IMG/VR virus record: IMGVR_UViG_3300031950_000001
Span: 80,056 to 144,055 of that record
DNA: 64,000 bases
Strand: one strand, 5' to 3'
Origin: a virus
The number at the start of each line of letters is the position of its first letter. The first letter of the stretch is position 1. Of this stretch, positions 37,902 through 47,657 are shown piece by piece. Position numbers and translations under genes: made by a program. The notes below the pieces were generated by a model. The model was not told where the DNA came from, ran no database searches, and saw nothing but the letters and a program-made list of their open reading frames with translations.

Positions 37902-39677
37902 ATGCCCGAAAAGCCGAAACCGCAACAACCGGTCGTGCAACAACAGCAGCAGGTCGAAGAAGGCCCTGGGATGCTGGAGCAGGCGCTCAGCATCCTTAAA
38001 ATGTTCCTGTTTATGTATGCCGCGAGCGCCGGCCTTGTCCCTAGAAGCGAGGCGGCAAAACGTAGTTTACAGGCCTTTAGACAACAGATAAAAGCACGAG
38101 GCGACATAGTTCCACTGGAGCAGAAAGAAGTCGACAAAATCGTCAATACCGTGGCGCGCTGGTTCGGATTTCCTTCCATAGAGCAGGTTCCCGAAAAAAA
38201 TCGACAACTAATTTACGAAGTTGCTAGATACGTCAACTGGTTCGCGCCAGAGATAACGGACTATGTGCTCGCGCCGACCGGCAGTTTTTCGCAGCTATAT
38301 TCCTATCTTGGTGCAGGGTTCCAAAAATTTGATCCTACTCTTAGTCGCGTAGGACCCAACGGGAAGCCCCTGTTTCAAGAAGTTGGCGAATGGATCATCG
38401 ATAAATTCTACGCGAACGCCAATTTACGTGATAATAGGTTTATTGCTCTAACGGGCGGGATGCCGGCCGGCGCGTTCGGCGAGATGGTCTATCATTTAAT
38501 CACGTTGGGATTGGTTCCCTTTAACGAATCCTATAACGAGATTATTTCTGCCATTAATCGACACGCCCCGGCAGTTGTAAGAACAGGGCTTCTGCTGCAG
38601 AGCCTTGGCAAATCAAATATCGATATTAGCGACGCCGTAACGGCTTATAATTCTTTTCTTGCTATGCTCGCTCCCGAAAAGATTGGCGGGACCCCGGCCG
38701 AGCAAATTGAACGACTACGGCATACAATCGCTCGGCTTAAAGCTACTTTTGCTCCTAAAGGACCGGGTGAACTTTCTACGGAAGAAGCGCTGAAGAAAGA
38801 TGCCGAGCGTATTGTAAAAGCCATCAACTCTATGGGAGGACGATGGTACGGCACCTTAGTATACGCCCTTCAGAACGGATTTGTAAGTCCAGCGTCGATA
38901 GCCGGGCGAATGGCTTCGCAGATTTTAAGCGGCCGGCCCGTTCCCGTTTTCAATTCGAATCAGGTATATAGCGCCCTTGTTCGAAGTGGCGTTCGCCCGG
39001 CGGATGCCGTCGTCATGCTCCAGAGTCCCAATATCTATAAGCCCTATTTTAATGATCCTCGACTGCAGCACGCCCTGCGAGGCGCTCAGTGGATGGAGTT
39101 TAATCGAAATATGAGTTGGCTCGAGGCCGCGCTCCGTCGTGGAGGGGTTTCCCCAGGACTTGCCCATGAGGCAGCGATGGCAAATTTTGCGGCTCTTGTT
39201 GGCTATACTTTGCCCGAAGCACGACAAATATTAGGACGGTATGATCCGACGTTGTTCGATAAGATACAGCAACTTACCGAAGAGAATCTCCGACGTCCTG
39301 AATCCTTGATACTAGGACGAAACGACTTAGCAGTAAGAGCGGTTAGTACTATTAAAGACATAGCGCAGAACCCCCCAAAAGATTGGTTCCAAGCACTCTT
39401 GCGCGTTATAGGCGGACTCTACGATTACGCTCCGGTAGAACTAGAAATGCCGCCTGCGGAAATACCGCCGCCCGGAGCTCCGGCGGCTTCGGGACTTGGT
39501 CATCTAACCGGAGGACCAGCAGGCCAGTTGTTTGGTCAATTCGGCCGTCAGGGATATGGAACAACCGGTGGACTAGGTGTACCTATCGTTAATGCAGTGG
39601 CGGGAACATTTACCGAATGGCCGCCTAAACCGCCAAGCGGGGCGGGGCCTCGGCCGTTAGGACAGCCTATAGCGTAA
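37902..39677 (+). CDS. hypothetical protein (possible virion protein)
   Basis: 591-aa ORF with Gly/Pro-rich C-terminus. Confidence 0.6.
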   Translation: MPEKPKPQQPVVQQQQQVEEGPGMLEQALSILKMFLFMYAASAGLVPRSEAAKRSLQAFRQQIKARGDIVPLEQKEVDKIVNTVARWFGFPSIEQVPEKNRQLIYEVARYVNWFAPEITDYVLAPTGSFSQLYSYLGAGFQKFDPTLSRVGPNGKPLFQEVGEWIIDKFYANANLRDNRFIALTGGMPAGAFGEMVYHLITLGLVPFNESYNEIISAINRHAPAVVRTGLLLQSLGKSNIDISDAVTAYNSFLAMLAPEKIGGTPAEQIERLRHTIARLKATFAPKGPGELSTEEALKKDAERIVKAINSMGGRWYGTLVYALQNGFVSPASIAGRMASQILSGRPVPVFNSNQVYSALVRSGVRPADAVVMLQSPNIYKPYFNDPRLQHALRGAQWMEFNRNMSWLEAALRRGGVSPGLAHEAAMANFAALVGYTLPEARQILGRYDPTLFDKIQQLTEENLRRPESLILGRNDLAVRAVSTIKDIAQNPPKDWFQALLRVIGGLYDYAPVELEMPPAEIPPPGAPAASGLGHLTGGPAGQLFGQFGRQGYGTTGGLGVPIVNAVAGTFTEWPPKPPSGAGPRPLGQPIA

Positions 39678-39722
39678 GAAACAGCGACAAGGACAAAAAA
39701 ATTTGATTCCGGAATCAAAATT

Positions 39723-42014
39723 ATGGCCTTCGCACCAGGCATTCAAGACAGATACCGGTTTGGCGACTATACGGCGCTAAAGCCTGGCCAGTTTGCGACT
39801 CTTGTCATTCAAGAGCATCATGCCAAGCGGGCCGGAAAGCACTACGATATTCGTCTCGGAACACCGGAGCTGGGTCTTTTTTCCTGGTCATCCCGAAAGT
39901 TTCTGCCCGATATCAGTGATAAAATACTCGCCGTCCAGCAACCTCTTCATGATTATGATTACAAAGACTATGTCGGGCCAATCGACGCAGGATATGGCGC
40001 TGGAGATGTAAGAAAAGTCCTCGAGACATCCGTTCTTGTTACGAATGTTACCCCGGACTCGATTAGCTTTACGACTGCGGAGGAACGCCTCCCTTCTAGG
40101 TTTACGCTTGTAAGGGATAAACGAGACCCCCGTCGGTGGTATCTTATTAATAATACGCCGTCTGAGTATCCCGATTACACAAAACCTCGGATGAAATACG
40201 TAGATACCGAGGAAGTCGATAAATTTATCGACAAAATGAAAAACGGGGATACGCTGCAGGAAAAGATCGACGGCGCGCACGGGATCGTTCGGCTGCTGAA
40301 GGATACGGTTGAGGTCTATAGCGTCAGGAAATCCGTTACCGGCCGTCCAATCGTACATACCGAGCGCATTTTCGGTGGAAGACCTAAGATACAGCTGCCA
40401 CCGGAAATCAGGGATTCGATTCTGGGTGGCGAAATCCGGGCGGAACGCGAAGGCAAAGCCACGGCGCCCCAGGAATTAGGTTCATTTCTAAACTCTGCCA
40501 TCGCCAAAAGCCTTATCAAACAGCTACAGACCGATACAAAACTCAAAGTATCGTTATTCGATATAGTCCGATTGGGGGGGAAGCCAGTAACCGATAAGGA
40601 CTATCAGGAGCGACTCAAGCTTTTACAAGAAAAAGTATTGCCGCATCTTCCTCGAGACACCTTCGATATTGTTCAAACCGCGACCACGCCTGATGCGGCT
40701 CGAAAGCTCTGGAATAGCATTCTCAAAGGCGAGAACCCAAGAACTGAAGAGGGGGTTATTCTCCGTCCTGCCGGAAAAGAACCGCTTAAAGCTAAATTGG
40801 TTACGGAATTTAACGTTTATATCCGAGGTATCTTTCCTGGCGAAGGGAAGTATCGGAACAAAGCTGCCGGCGGTTTTTACTATTCCTTCGAGCCAGATGG
40901 GCCTATCGTTGGTTACGTCGGAACAGGGTTTAGTGATGAATTTCGCGAAGAACTTTTCCGGAATCCGGAGAACTATATTGGACGGGTTGCAAGAATAAAA
41001 GCGCAAGGTCAGTTCCCCTCAGGAGCACTTCGTGCGCCTGTCTTTATTGCCATTGACGAAGATAAACCGCAAGTTGCCGTGCCGCCAGCTACTCCGCCGA
41101 GAGGCGTAAAGGTGGCATATTTAAACATTATTGACGATCCGGAGCACCGCGGCAAATGGCTGAATGTCTTCGATGAGATTAAGGAATTGGTTGATAAATA
41201 TAAAGACAAGGCTGTTGAGGCCTGGAAGAACGGTCAATTATATATCGAAACGGATAAAGGAATCATCAAAATAGCCGGTACAAGCTGGTCGCCGGTAGGA
41301 TGGGTTTATGATGCGATGGAATTGATGACGCAACCTATTGGTGGACCGACTCCGCTTTCGATGAGTCTTGCCGGCGGCGTGCTCTCCGGTACCATTTCGG
41401 CGCTTACGGCTTTGGGCATAGGCACGCTTCTGAATCTCTTTGAAGGCAAAAAGAAAATTGTCAATACGAAAAAATTAGTTACGCGCGCTGCAATTTTAGG
41501 CGCAATTTTAGGGGCCCTTCCTGGACTATCGGTCGGGATTTCGCGACGCATGAGCGGCGGTGATTGGAAAGGTTTTTTTGAGCCGTGGCCAGAAAAGGCG
41601 GTGGAGTCAAAAGCAGCAGCCGATGGGATGGAACGTGTCGCTCAAGAGCTTACGATTCAGTATCCTCCTCTTACGCCTATTGACCAAAGAACCAAGGAGC
41701 CCGTCGATATCGCGCCCATTTATATCGTCAATGAGCCCCATTGGCGGGATGTTGTTCTGCGAGACCCTTATCTTACCGAAATTGAAAAAGCCGTTGTCGC
41801 CGCACCTGTCTATGCGACTGCTTTAGCGGCCGGTAGAAACTCCGTAACCCCAGGAGAAATAGCATATACTGCCCTAAAAGCCGGTCTTGGTGCTATAATA
41901 GGCCATAAGATAGGCACTCTTGCCGGGGCAATTCTAGCTCTCAGCCCGGAATTTCGCGAAAAGCTTCAGCAAAGCGGGATGCTTGCTGGAATTCTAAAGA
42001 CAGTTATAACTTGA
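39723..42014 (+). CDS. LigD-type 3'-phosphoesterase + ATP-dependent DNA ligase fusion with hydrophobic C-terminal extension
   Basis: QEHHA..HYDIRL..SW..H..Y..G..GYGAGDV (PE domain); EKIDG, GEI, FDIV, EGVIL, KAK, VGTGFSD, LRAPVF (ligase NTase + OB). Confidence 0.85.
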   Translation: MAFAPGIQDRYRFGDYTALKPGQFATLVIQEHHAKRAGKHYDIRLGTPELGLFSWSSRKFLPDISDKILAVQQPLHDYDYKDYVGPIDAGYGAGDVRKVLETSVLVTNVTPDSISFTTAEERLPSRFTLVRDKRDPRRWYLINNTPSEYPDYTKPRMKYVDTEEVDKFIDKMKNGDTLQEKIDGAHGIVRLLKDTVEVYSVRKSVTGRPIVHTERIFGGRPKIQLPPEIRDSILGGEIRAEREGKATAPQELGSFLNSAIAKSLIKQLQTDTKLKVSLFDIVRLGGKPVTDKDYQERLKLLQEKVLPHLPRDTFDIVQTATTPDAARKLWNSILKGENPRTEEGVILRPAGKEPLKAKLVTEFNVYIRGIFPGEGKYRNKAAGGFYYSFEPDGPIVGYVGTGFSDEFREELFRNPENYIGRVARIKAQGQFPSGALRAPVFIAIDEDKPQVAVPPATPPRGVKVAYLNIIDDPEHRGKWLNVFDEIKELVDKYKDKAVEAWKNGQLYIETDKGIIKIAGTSWSPVGWVYDAMELMTQPIGGPTPLSMSLAGGVLSGTISALTALGIGTLLNLFEGKKKIVNTKKLVTRAAILGAILGALPGLSVGISRRMSGGDWKGFFEPWPEKAVESKAAADGMERVAQELTIQYPPLTPIDQRTKEPVDIAPIYIVNEPHWRDVVLRDPYLTEIEKAVVAAPVYATALAAGRNSVTPGEIAYTALKAGLGAIIGHKIGTLAGAILALSPEFREKLQQSGMLAGILKTVIT

Positions 42015-42080
42015 GCATCGTACCAGGACCGGATTATAATTGAAAAGAAGTAACGACACCCCTCTTTTGGAGAAGTAGTC

Positions 42081-43100
42081 ATGCGATATCTTGTCGGTTT
42101 TTCGGTCCTTTTACTCTCTATTGTTGGCTGCGGAAAGGACAACCCACCTATGCCTCCACGACCGCCCGACGAACTCGATATTTCCTTCAACGGCCCAACG
42201 AACATTTCTTATGGGGAACTTGCGACGATTTCGATTTCAGGCTTGCCGTTGGAAGTCGTTAACAGTGCCAAGGTTTATGTCTGGCCTCGAGATGAAGTCA
42301 AACTCGTACCGGCCATTTCATGGGATTCGAAACCGTTTGTCTTCTTTTCCTCGACCAAACCTGCCAAATATCTCCTTTGGATCACCGTCAATACGGGAAA
42401 GCTAGTAGGCTATGCCGAATGGCCTATTGAAGTAGGTGTACCGCCCGGCCCCGAACCTAAGCCTGAACCCAAGCCAGAACCGAAACCAGAGCCCGAGCCC
42501 AAGCCCGAACCGAAACCTGCGCCTAAACCCGAACCCAAGCCCGAACCGAAACCTGAGCCTAAACCCGAACCCAAGCCCGAACCGAAACCTGAGCCTAAAC
42601 CCGAACCCAAGCCCGAACCTGTTGCGGAAAAAGTCTGGGGCGTTCTGATCGTCGAAGAAAGCAGCAAGCGTACCCCTCAGATCGCATCCGTCATTTTCTC
42701 GCAAGATGTCGATAGATACGTCAAGTCCAAAGGCTGGGGATTCTATAAATTAGATAAGGACATCGTTACTCCTGACAATGCGCCGCCTAAGGAATATGTT
42801 GATTGGATTAAGCTGGCCGTCCAGAAAGGAATTCCTTATGTCTTCGTGATTTCCGAAAAAGGAAAGCGACTGCGAGAATTTCCGCTTCCTGCAACTGCAG
42901 ACGGGCTATTGCGAGAATTGACCAATTGCGGGAAGGATAACTATGACGAAGTGAAACGATGGTTGCAAGAGACGTCGCCGCCTCCAAAGAAACAGGAAAG
43001 CGGCGTCAAGTGGACCATTCCTCAAAGCCCGTCAGGCGTTTCATGGCCTACTACATGTCCGTCTGGAACCTGTCCTAGCAGATATTTTATTAATTTCTAA
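42081..43100 (+). CDS. lipoprotein with (PEPK)n linker
   Basis: Signal peptide with lipobox IVGC, PEPK tandem repeat, C-terminal CPSGTCP. Confidence 0.75.
   Translation: MRYLVGFSVLLLSIVGCGKDNPPMPPRPPDELDISFNGPTNISYGELATISISGLPLEVVNSAKVYVWPRDEVKLVPAISWDSKPFVFFSSTKPAKYLLWITVNTGKLVGYAEWPIEVGVPPGPEPKPEPKPEPKPEPEPKPEPKPAPKPEPKPEPKPEPKPEPKPEPKPEPKPEPKPEPVAEKVWGVLIVEESSKRTPQIASVIFSQDVDRYVKSKGWGFYKLDKDIVTPDNAPPKEYVDWIKLAVQKGIPYVFVISEKGKRLREFPLPATADGLLRELTNCGKDNYDEVKRWLQETSPPPKKQESGVKWTIPQSPSGVSWPTTCPSGTCPSRYFINF
42450..42620 (+). repeat. coding tandem repeat (12-bp units with a 36-bp higher-order period) encoding PEPK
   Basis: aaacccgaacccaagcccgaaccgaaacctgagcct repeated. Confidence 0.9.
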
Positions 43101-43121
43101 TTCCGCAAAGGGATTCCAATC

Positions 43122-43937
43122 ATGGCCGATAGCTACAAAGGTTTTCATTTTGGGTTGCTACCCCGTACGGTAGCGTACGGTGACGTCAGTCCGATCTACT
43201 CCGAAGTCATGCCTGTGATTCCGAGGGATCAATGGCAAGACTTCACGTTATCGCACTATATTCCAAGAATTCTCGACCAAGACGGACAAGGAAGCTGTGT
43301 TGCCGCCTCTGGCGTAGCTTCGGTAATGCTTTGTAGGCTACAGACTGGACTGAAAGACGTTGAGCTTTCCATTGGTAGTCTTTACGGGCAGATCAACGGC
43401 GGGGTTGATGGTGGTTCCACGTTAGACCGATCAATCACAGCACTTACAAAAGTAGGTTGCTGCCCGGTCAGATTAATTCCCCATTATGAATGGCGGCCTA
43501 GTCGATGGCCCAGGAACTGGAAAGAAGAGGCAAAGAAATACCGAATTACCGAAAGCTACGATTGCACCAACTTTGATGAGATTTGCTCGGCTATTCTATC
43601 TGGATTTGCTGTGTCGTATGGTATTCCTGTAACCAAAGGTTTTGTCGAAAACGTATCAAAGGATGGCTTCGTTCCAGAAAGTGTAACCAATGTTGTTGGC
43701 CTTCATGCGCTATTAGGGGTTGGGTTGAAAAAACACAACGGTAAATGGTGGGTTGAAACACAGAATTCATGGGGTGAAAAATGGGGCAATAACGGTATGT
43801 GCTATGTTCCTGAGTCCTATTTCAAAACCCGGTATGGTGTAGATGCGTGGGCGATCCGCGTTACGACGTTTAGCGCGAAGGATAGTGAAAATGGAAATAA
43901 AGAAGTTCGAGTACGTAAACGCCGAAAAGCTTCATAA
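43122..43937 (+). CDS. papain-like (C1) cysteine protease
   Basis: DQDGQGSCVA (Gln/Cys), GLHALLGVG (His), QNSWGEKWG (Asn). Confidence 0.92.
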   Translation: MADSYKGFHFGLLPRTVAYGDVSPIYSEVMPVIPRDQWQDFTLSHYIPRILDQDGQGSCVAASGVASVMLCRLQTGLKDVELSIGSLYGQINGGVDGGSTLDRSITALTKVGCCPVRLIPHYEWRPSRWPRNWKEEAKKYRITESYDCTNFDEICSAILSGFAVSYGIPVTKGFVENVSKDGFVPESVTNVVGLHALLGVGLKKHNGKWWVETQNSWGEKWGNNGMCYVPESYFKTRYGVDAWAIRVTTFSAKDSENGNKEVRVRKRRKAS

Positions 43938-44331
43938 GGTCTTAAGTACTTCAACGCCCTTCATGGAAGGTTTCTTCGCCTATCGTGAGAAAATCGGAGA
44001 GGAAGATAACCCTTATAAGTTTGGTACAGAAAACTACTGGGCCTGGCGGCATGGGTGGTATCAAGCCAAGAAAGAAGACGAAGGGCCCTTTTGGCGCAAC
44101 AAGTATGTGATTAACGGCATTATTCTTCTGGCTATTGCTGCTGTCACGGTACTTGCCGATTTCTTCCCTGCGTCTCCTATGATTACGTCGTTTGTTGTGG
44201 CGTGTTACGGTATTGCGTCCATACTTCTTCGGAACGCTTTTGTCGTCAATATCCGTGCTCCAGTAAAGTCGACATATGAGTCGCCACACGAGAACTCGAC
44301 CGAAAGCGCCAAAACGAACAGCCAAGCATAA
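43891..44331 (+). CDS. hypothetical membrane protein
   Basis: NPY...WRHGW motif followed by two TM helices. Confidence 0.55.
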   Translation: MEIKKFEYVNAEKLHKVLSTSTPFMEGFFAYREKIGEEDNPYKFGTENYWAWRHGWYQAKKEDEGPFWRNKYVINGIILLAIAAVTVLADFFPASPMITSFVVACYGIASILLRNAFVVNIRAPVKSTYESPHENSTESAKTNSQA

Positions 44332-45199
44332 AGTCGTAGAAGCCTGCGTCGTCGTATCCGATCTTCATTGTGGCTGTCAATTGGGCTTGTGCCACGAGAA
44401 GAGCATTCTTCTTGACGAAGGGGGCTTTTACACTCCCTCCGAACTTCAGCAAAAATTGTGGAAATGGTGGCGCGAATTTTGGGATGAATGGGTTCCGTTT
44501 GTTACAGGAAATGAACCGTATTGTGTCGTCGTTAATGGCGATGTTATCGACGGGGTTCATCATCGATCCGTAACGCAAATTACGCATAATTTGGCCGATC
44601 AGATCAAAATTGCGCACCTGATTCTATCCGAAGTTGCCGAGCGTTGTGATCATCGATTGTTCTTCATTCGTGGCACGGAGGCTCATGCCGGCCCTAGCGC
44701 CGAATATGAGGAGCTTTTGGCGAAAGAGTTGGGGGCAATAAAGGCTAGAGACGGCAAATCATCCCGGTACGACCTTCTTTTAGAAATAGGCGGAGGGCTG
44801 GCTCATTTTGCCCATCACATTTCTGTGTCCGGGTCGATGCACTATGAAAGCACGGCCCTGATGAAGGAGCTATCGGAGTCCTTCGTTGAGTGTACGCGAT
44901 GGGGATCACGACATCCTGATATGATTGTGCGAAGCCATCGGCACCGCCACATGGAAGTACGGTGTTATACGGCTTCTGGGTTGACGACGGTTGTCACCAC
45001 GCCAGGATGGCAACTAAAAACACCGTTTGCCTACAAAATGCCTGGTGCAAGACCGGCTCTTCCCCAGATAGGGGGTATTGTGATAAGATGGCATAAAAAT
45101 ACCCTGTTTACTCAGGCGTTTATCAAAAACATTCAACATGCAGAACCGGAGTTAGTCTATGTCAAGAAGTCAAATCACCGTCGACGAGTTACTTCGTGA
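44276..45199 (+). CDS. calcineurin-like metallophosphoesterase
   Basis: SDLHCG, NGDVIDG, GTEAH, AHH, SHRH. Confidence 0.85.
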   Translation: MSRHTRTRPKAPKRTAKHKVVEACVVVSDLHCGCQLGLCHEKSILLDEGGFYTPSELQQKLWKWWREFWDEWVPFVTGNEPYCVVVNGDVIDGVHHRSVTQITHNLADQIKIAHLILSEVAERCDHRLFFIRGTEAHAGPSAEYEELLAKELGAIKARDGKSSRYDLLLEIGGGLAHFAHHISVSGSMHYESTALMKELSESFVECTRWGSRHPDMIVRSHRHRHMEVRCYTASGLTTVVTTPGWQLKTPFAYKMPGARPALPQIGGIVIRWHKNTLFTQAFIKNIQHAEPELVYVKKSNHRRRVTS

Positions 45200-45440
45200 G
45201 ATTAAGCGTATTGAGCAGTCCCAAGATGGTATTACGACCAAAGAATTAGCCAACAAGCTTGGCGTTTCCGAAGCGACTGCTCTACGAAGGATACGGGAGC
45301 TACACGCGAGAGGCCTTATAAAAATCGGGTTTCGTCGCGCGGCAAATATTCTCGGCAATCCTACGTTTGTGCCCGTCTACACGCTCAGTGCCAAGGCGTC
45401 TCCGACTAAAAATACAAGAAGAAGGGCAAAATCAACATGA
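45159..45440 (+). CDS. winged-helix DNA-binding protein
   Basis: ITTKELANKLGVSEATALRRIRELHARGLI. Confidence 0.8.
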   Translation: MSRSQITVDELLREIKRIEQSQDGITTKELANKLGVSEATALRRIRELHARGLIKIGFRRAANILGNPTFVPVYTLSAKASPTKNTRRRAKST

Positions 45441-46042
45441 CTATCGTCGAATCGATCCTTAAGATAATGCTTGCTATCCTTAGGATAGTATTTGGCGTAA
45501 TCGCTCTTATTGCGAACTATATTTATCAAGGAGCGAAATACATGGTCGAGAAGCATCCCGAATTCACTCTCGGTTTTATCGTGGCGTCGGCTTTATTTAT
45601 TGTCGTAATCCTTCTGACAACAAGCTGCGGACCGGGTGGGGGTGACAATGCTGTTGCCAAGGAATATTATGCGGATGCAATAAGGGCTCTGAACGGCAGA
45701 ACAATCATTATAAAAGCGCGTATTCTTGCGCGAAGTCGTGTCTATCTCAGCGGCGTAGAGACGCCTTTAGAGGACGCTCCATTTGGATCCGAAGCTCGTC
45801 AGACATTAAATCGGTTAGTTGCCGGGCAACGTATCTTTGTAAAGCAGATGAAGGGCGATCCTGACAACAGCGGCATCGTTTGGAATGAGTACGGCCAGTG
45901 CGTCCAACAGCAGCTTGTCAAAGACGGATTGGCCCGATGCACGGGTAAACTATGGCGAGCGGAAGAGGACGAGGCAAAACGTAATAAACGGGGTATATGG
46001 AGCGTTAAAAACGTCGAAGAGCTGTTTGAGGCTAAAAACTAA
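45437..46042 (+). CDS. membrane-anchored thermonuclease (SNase)-like protein
   Basis: TM N-terminus, VYLSGVETP..PFGSEA, QQLVKDGLAR, EDEAKRNKRGIWS. Confidence 0.75.
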   Translation: MTIVESILKIMLAILRIVFGVIALIANYIYQGAKYMVEKHPEFTLGFIVASALFIVVILLTTSCGPGGGDNAVAKEYYADAIRALNGRTIIIKARILARSRVYLSGVETPLEDAPFGSEARQTLNRLVAGQRIFVKQMKGDPDNSGIVWNEYGQCVQQQLVKDGLARCTGKLWRAEEDEAKRNKRGIWSVKNVEELFEAKN

Positions 46043-46072
46043 CGATAAATTAGCGAAAATTGCGGCATTTAA

Positions 46073-46113
46073 TATTGGGATGGCCAAGTTAATTTGGCCA
46101 TCCCAATTTTTTT
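46073..46113 (+). terminator. intrinsic terminator
   Basis: attgggatggccaa...ttggccatcccaat followed by a T-run. Confidence 0.7.
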
Positions 46114-46119
46114 ATTAAT

Positions 46120-46185
46120 GGGCCGGACCGGACGTTGAGGCGGGTTTTGAGCCCGTCGAAGTGGGTTCGACTCCCACCCGGCCTG
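46120..46185 (+). tRNA. tRNA-Gln(TTG)-like with truncated D arm
   Basis: Acceptor gggccgg/ccggcct, anticodon stem gcggg/cccgt with loop ttTTGag, T arm gtggg-ttcgact-cccac, G discriminator. Only 13 nt where the D arm should be. Confidence 0.65.
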
Positions 46186-46272
46186 CTTTTTTAGGACTGA
46201 CGACCAGCTATTCCCGCCTGGCTGGTCGTCAGTTGGTGATCGGCGGGAGGCTCTTTTTTTAGTGGAGATGTT

Positions 46273-46929
46273 ATGATGGATTGGGCAAGTTGGGACGATG
46301 TCATCCGCTGGGCGTTCAGCCCAGCAACCAATGTTGAGGAACTCCAGGAGGCCCTCGAAGCGGCCTCCCTAGAAGAGTTCGAGACCCGGGAACCGAAAGC
46401 GGTTTCCGAAGAGGCCAAACGGGCGGCGTACCAACTAGCGGTGGCGCTGGGTCGATGCCGGGCGTTTGGGGTCCTTGTCCCCGTGGACATAGATGGCACC
46501 TTACATCCGCAGGTAGCCATCGCCGCGGCGGAGATAGGAGAAACTTTCCTTCGACAATGGATCGAGCGCGCGGAACAATTGGGTGTCCGGTGGGTCCACG
46601 CCGAACCGGAATTGGCCGAAACAATGGGCGCCGAGTTATTAGAAGCCCGAATGGAAGCCCTCTTCGTTCTGGAGGCTCTTTCCGAAGCGCAAGATGCGAG
46701 CTGGAACGAGCCGGCTTCCGCAGAACTCGGGGATGCAGTGAATCGATACGTTGATGCGCTCGAGGCCTTCGACAAGGCCCTGCAGACCCCGGGAACCATC
46801 GGGCTGCTCTCTACCGCGGTTCACCTGCCGCTTTTGGAGAATTGGCGGCAGAGTTTAGCCGGCCATTACAAGGAGGTTTTGCCCTGGTGGCTGGACGGAA
46901 CGCTGGAGAGAGCGATCCAGCAAAATTAA
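46273..46929 (+). CDS. hypothetical acidic helical protein
   Basis: RBS GGAG; 218 aa; followed by a terminator. Confidence 0.7.
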   Translation: MMDWASWDDVIRWAFSPATNVEELQEALEAASLEEFETREPKAVSEEAKRAAYQLAVALGRCRAFGVLVPVDIDGTLHPQVAIAAAEIGETFLRQWIERAEQLGVRWVHAEPELAETMGAELLEARMEALFVLEALSEAQDASWNEPASAELGDAVNRYVDALEAFDKALQTPGTIGLLSTAVHLPLLENWRQSLAGHYKEVLPWWLDGTLERAIQQN

Positions 46930-46937
46930 GTTTTTCT

Positions 46938-46985
46938 GGCAGTCGTCCGGATTGTCCCCTCCGATCCGGACGGCTGCCGTTTTTT
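46938..46985 (+). terminator. intrinsic terminator
   Basis: ggcagtcgtccggat...atccggacggctgcc followed by a T-run. Confidence 0.7.
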
Positions 46986-47025
46986 AGCTATGCAAAAATT
47001 TGATTCCGGAATCAAAAATGCTACC

Positions 47026-47186
47026 GGACAAGACGGCCGTTGTGCGCTACCTCTGATAGGGGGGTCGTATTCGACCTTCTCTATTGGAGGTTAAAAAAGC
47101 AGGGGCCTTTTTTTGGGCCTGCGTGTCGAACGGCGCCCATTTCATGTGGCCCATTCGACCCGCCGCCGACAACGGCCGTCTTGTTC
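47026..47186 (+). ncRNA. retron-like msr-msd ncRNA, unit 1
   Basis: IR acaagacggccgttgt (47028-43) / acaacggccgtcttgt (47169-84); candidate branch G 47044; msr hairpin cctctgatagggggg..ctctattggagg; msd hairpin 47121-47163. Confidence 0.8.
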
Positions 47187-47213
47187 TTTTTTCCTGTTTA
47201 TGCGAAAATGCGC

Positions 47214-47390
47214 GGACAAGACGGCCGTTGTGCGCTACCTCTGATAGGGGGGTCGTATTCGGCTTTCTCTATTGGAGGTTTAAAAGTCGGCCCTTGGGCT
47301 CGACTGGCGAAGGCGCTATGTCACGTGCTCCCTTTGGACGCACGTTCCTTGCGCCTCTTCGTACAGCCGCCGACAACGGCCGTCTTGTTC
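47214..47390 (+). ncRNA. retron-like msr-msd ncRNA, unit 2
   Basis: Same IR (47216-31 / 47373-88); G 47232; msd hairpin 47304-47366. Confidence 0.8.
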
Positions 47391-47404
47391 TTTTTTTCCT
47401 GTTT

Positions 47405-47657
47405 TATGCGTATTTTCTAATCGAAACAGAAAAAATACACGACGGCCGTTGTGCGCTGCCTCTGATAGGGACCGTACTCGGATTCCCTATTGGAGGCTAA
47501 AGTTGGCCTTCGGGCTTTGTCTGGCGATGTGTGCTCATTACACGTGAAACATTCCATGCTTTCGCATTCCATGTTTAGCACGTTCCATTCGACACCTCGC
47601 CAGCCGCCGACAACGGCCGTCTTGTATTTTTTCTGTTTCGATTAGAAAATACGCATA
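47405..47657 (+). ncRNA. retron-like msr-msd ncRNA, unit 3 (extended 48-bp closing stem)
   Basis: 47405-47452 pairs with 47610-47657 (one mismatch); G 47453; msd hairpin 47521-47603. Confidence 0.8.

Noticed and set aside
46120-46185. tRNA as prophage attachment site or tmRNA fragment
   Set aside because: No integrase or duplicated tRNA 3' end is in the window. It has a proper anticodon arm and lacks the G3-U70 alanine identity and tag ORF of tmRNA.
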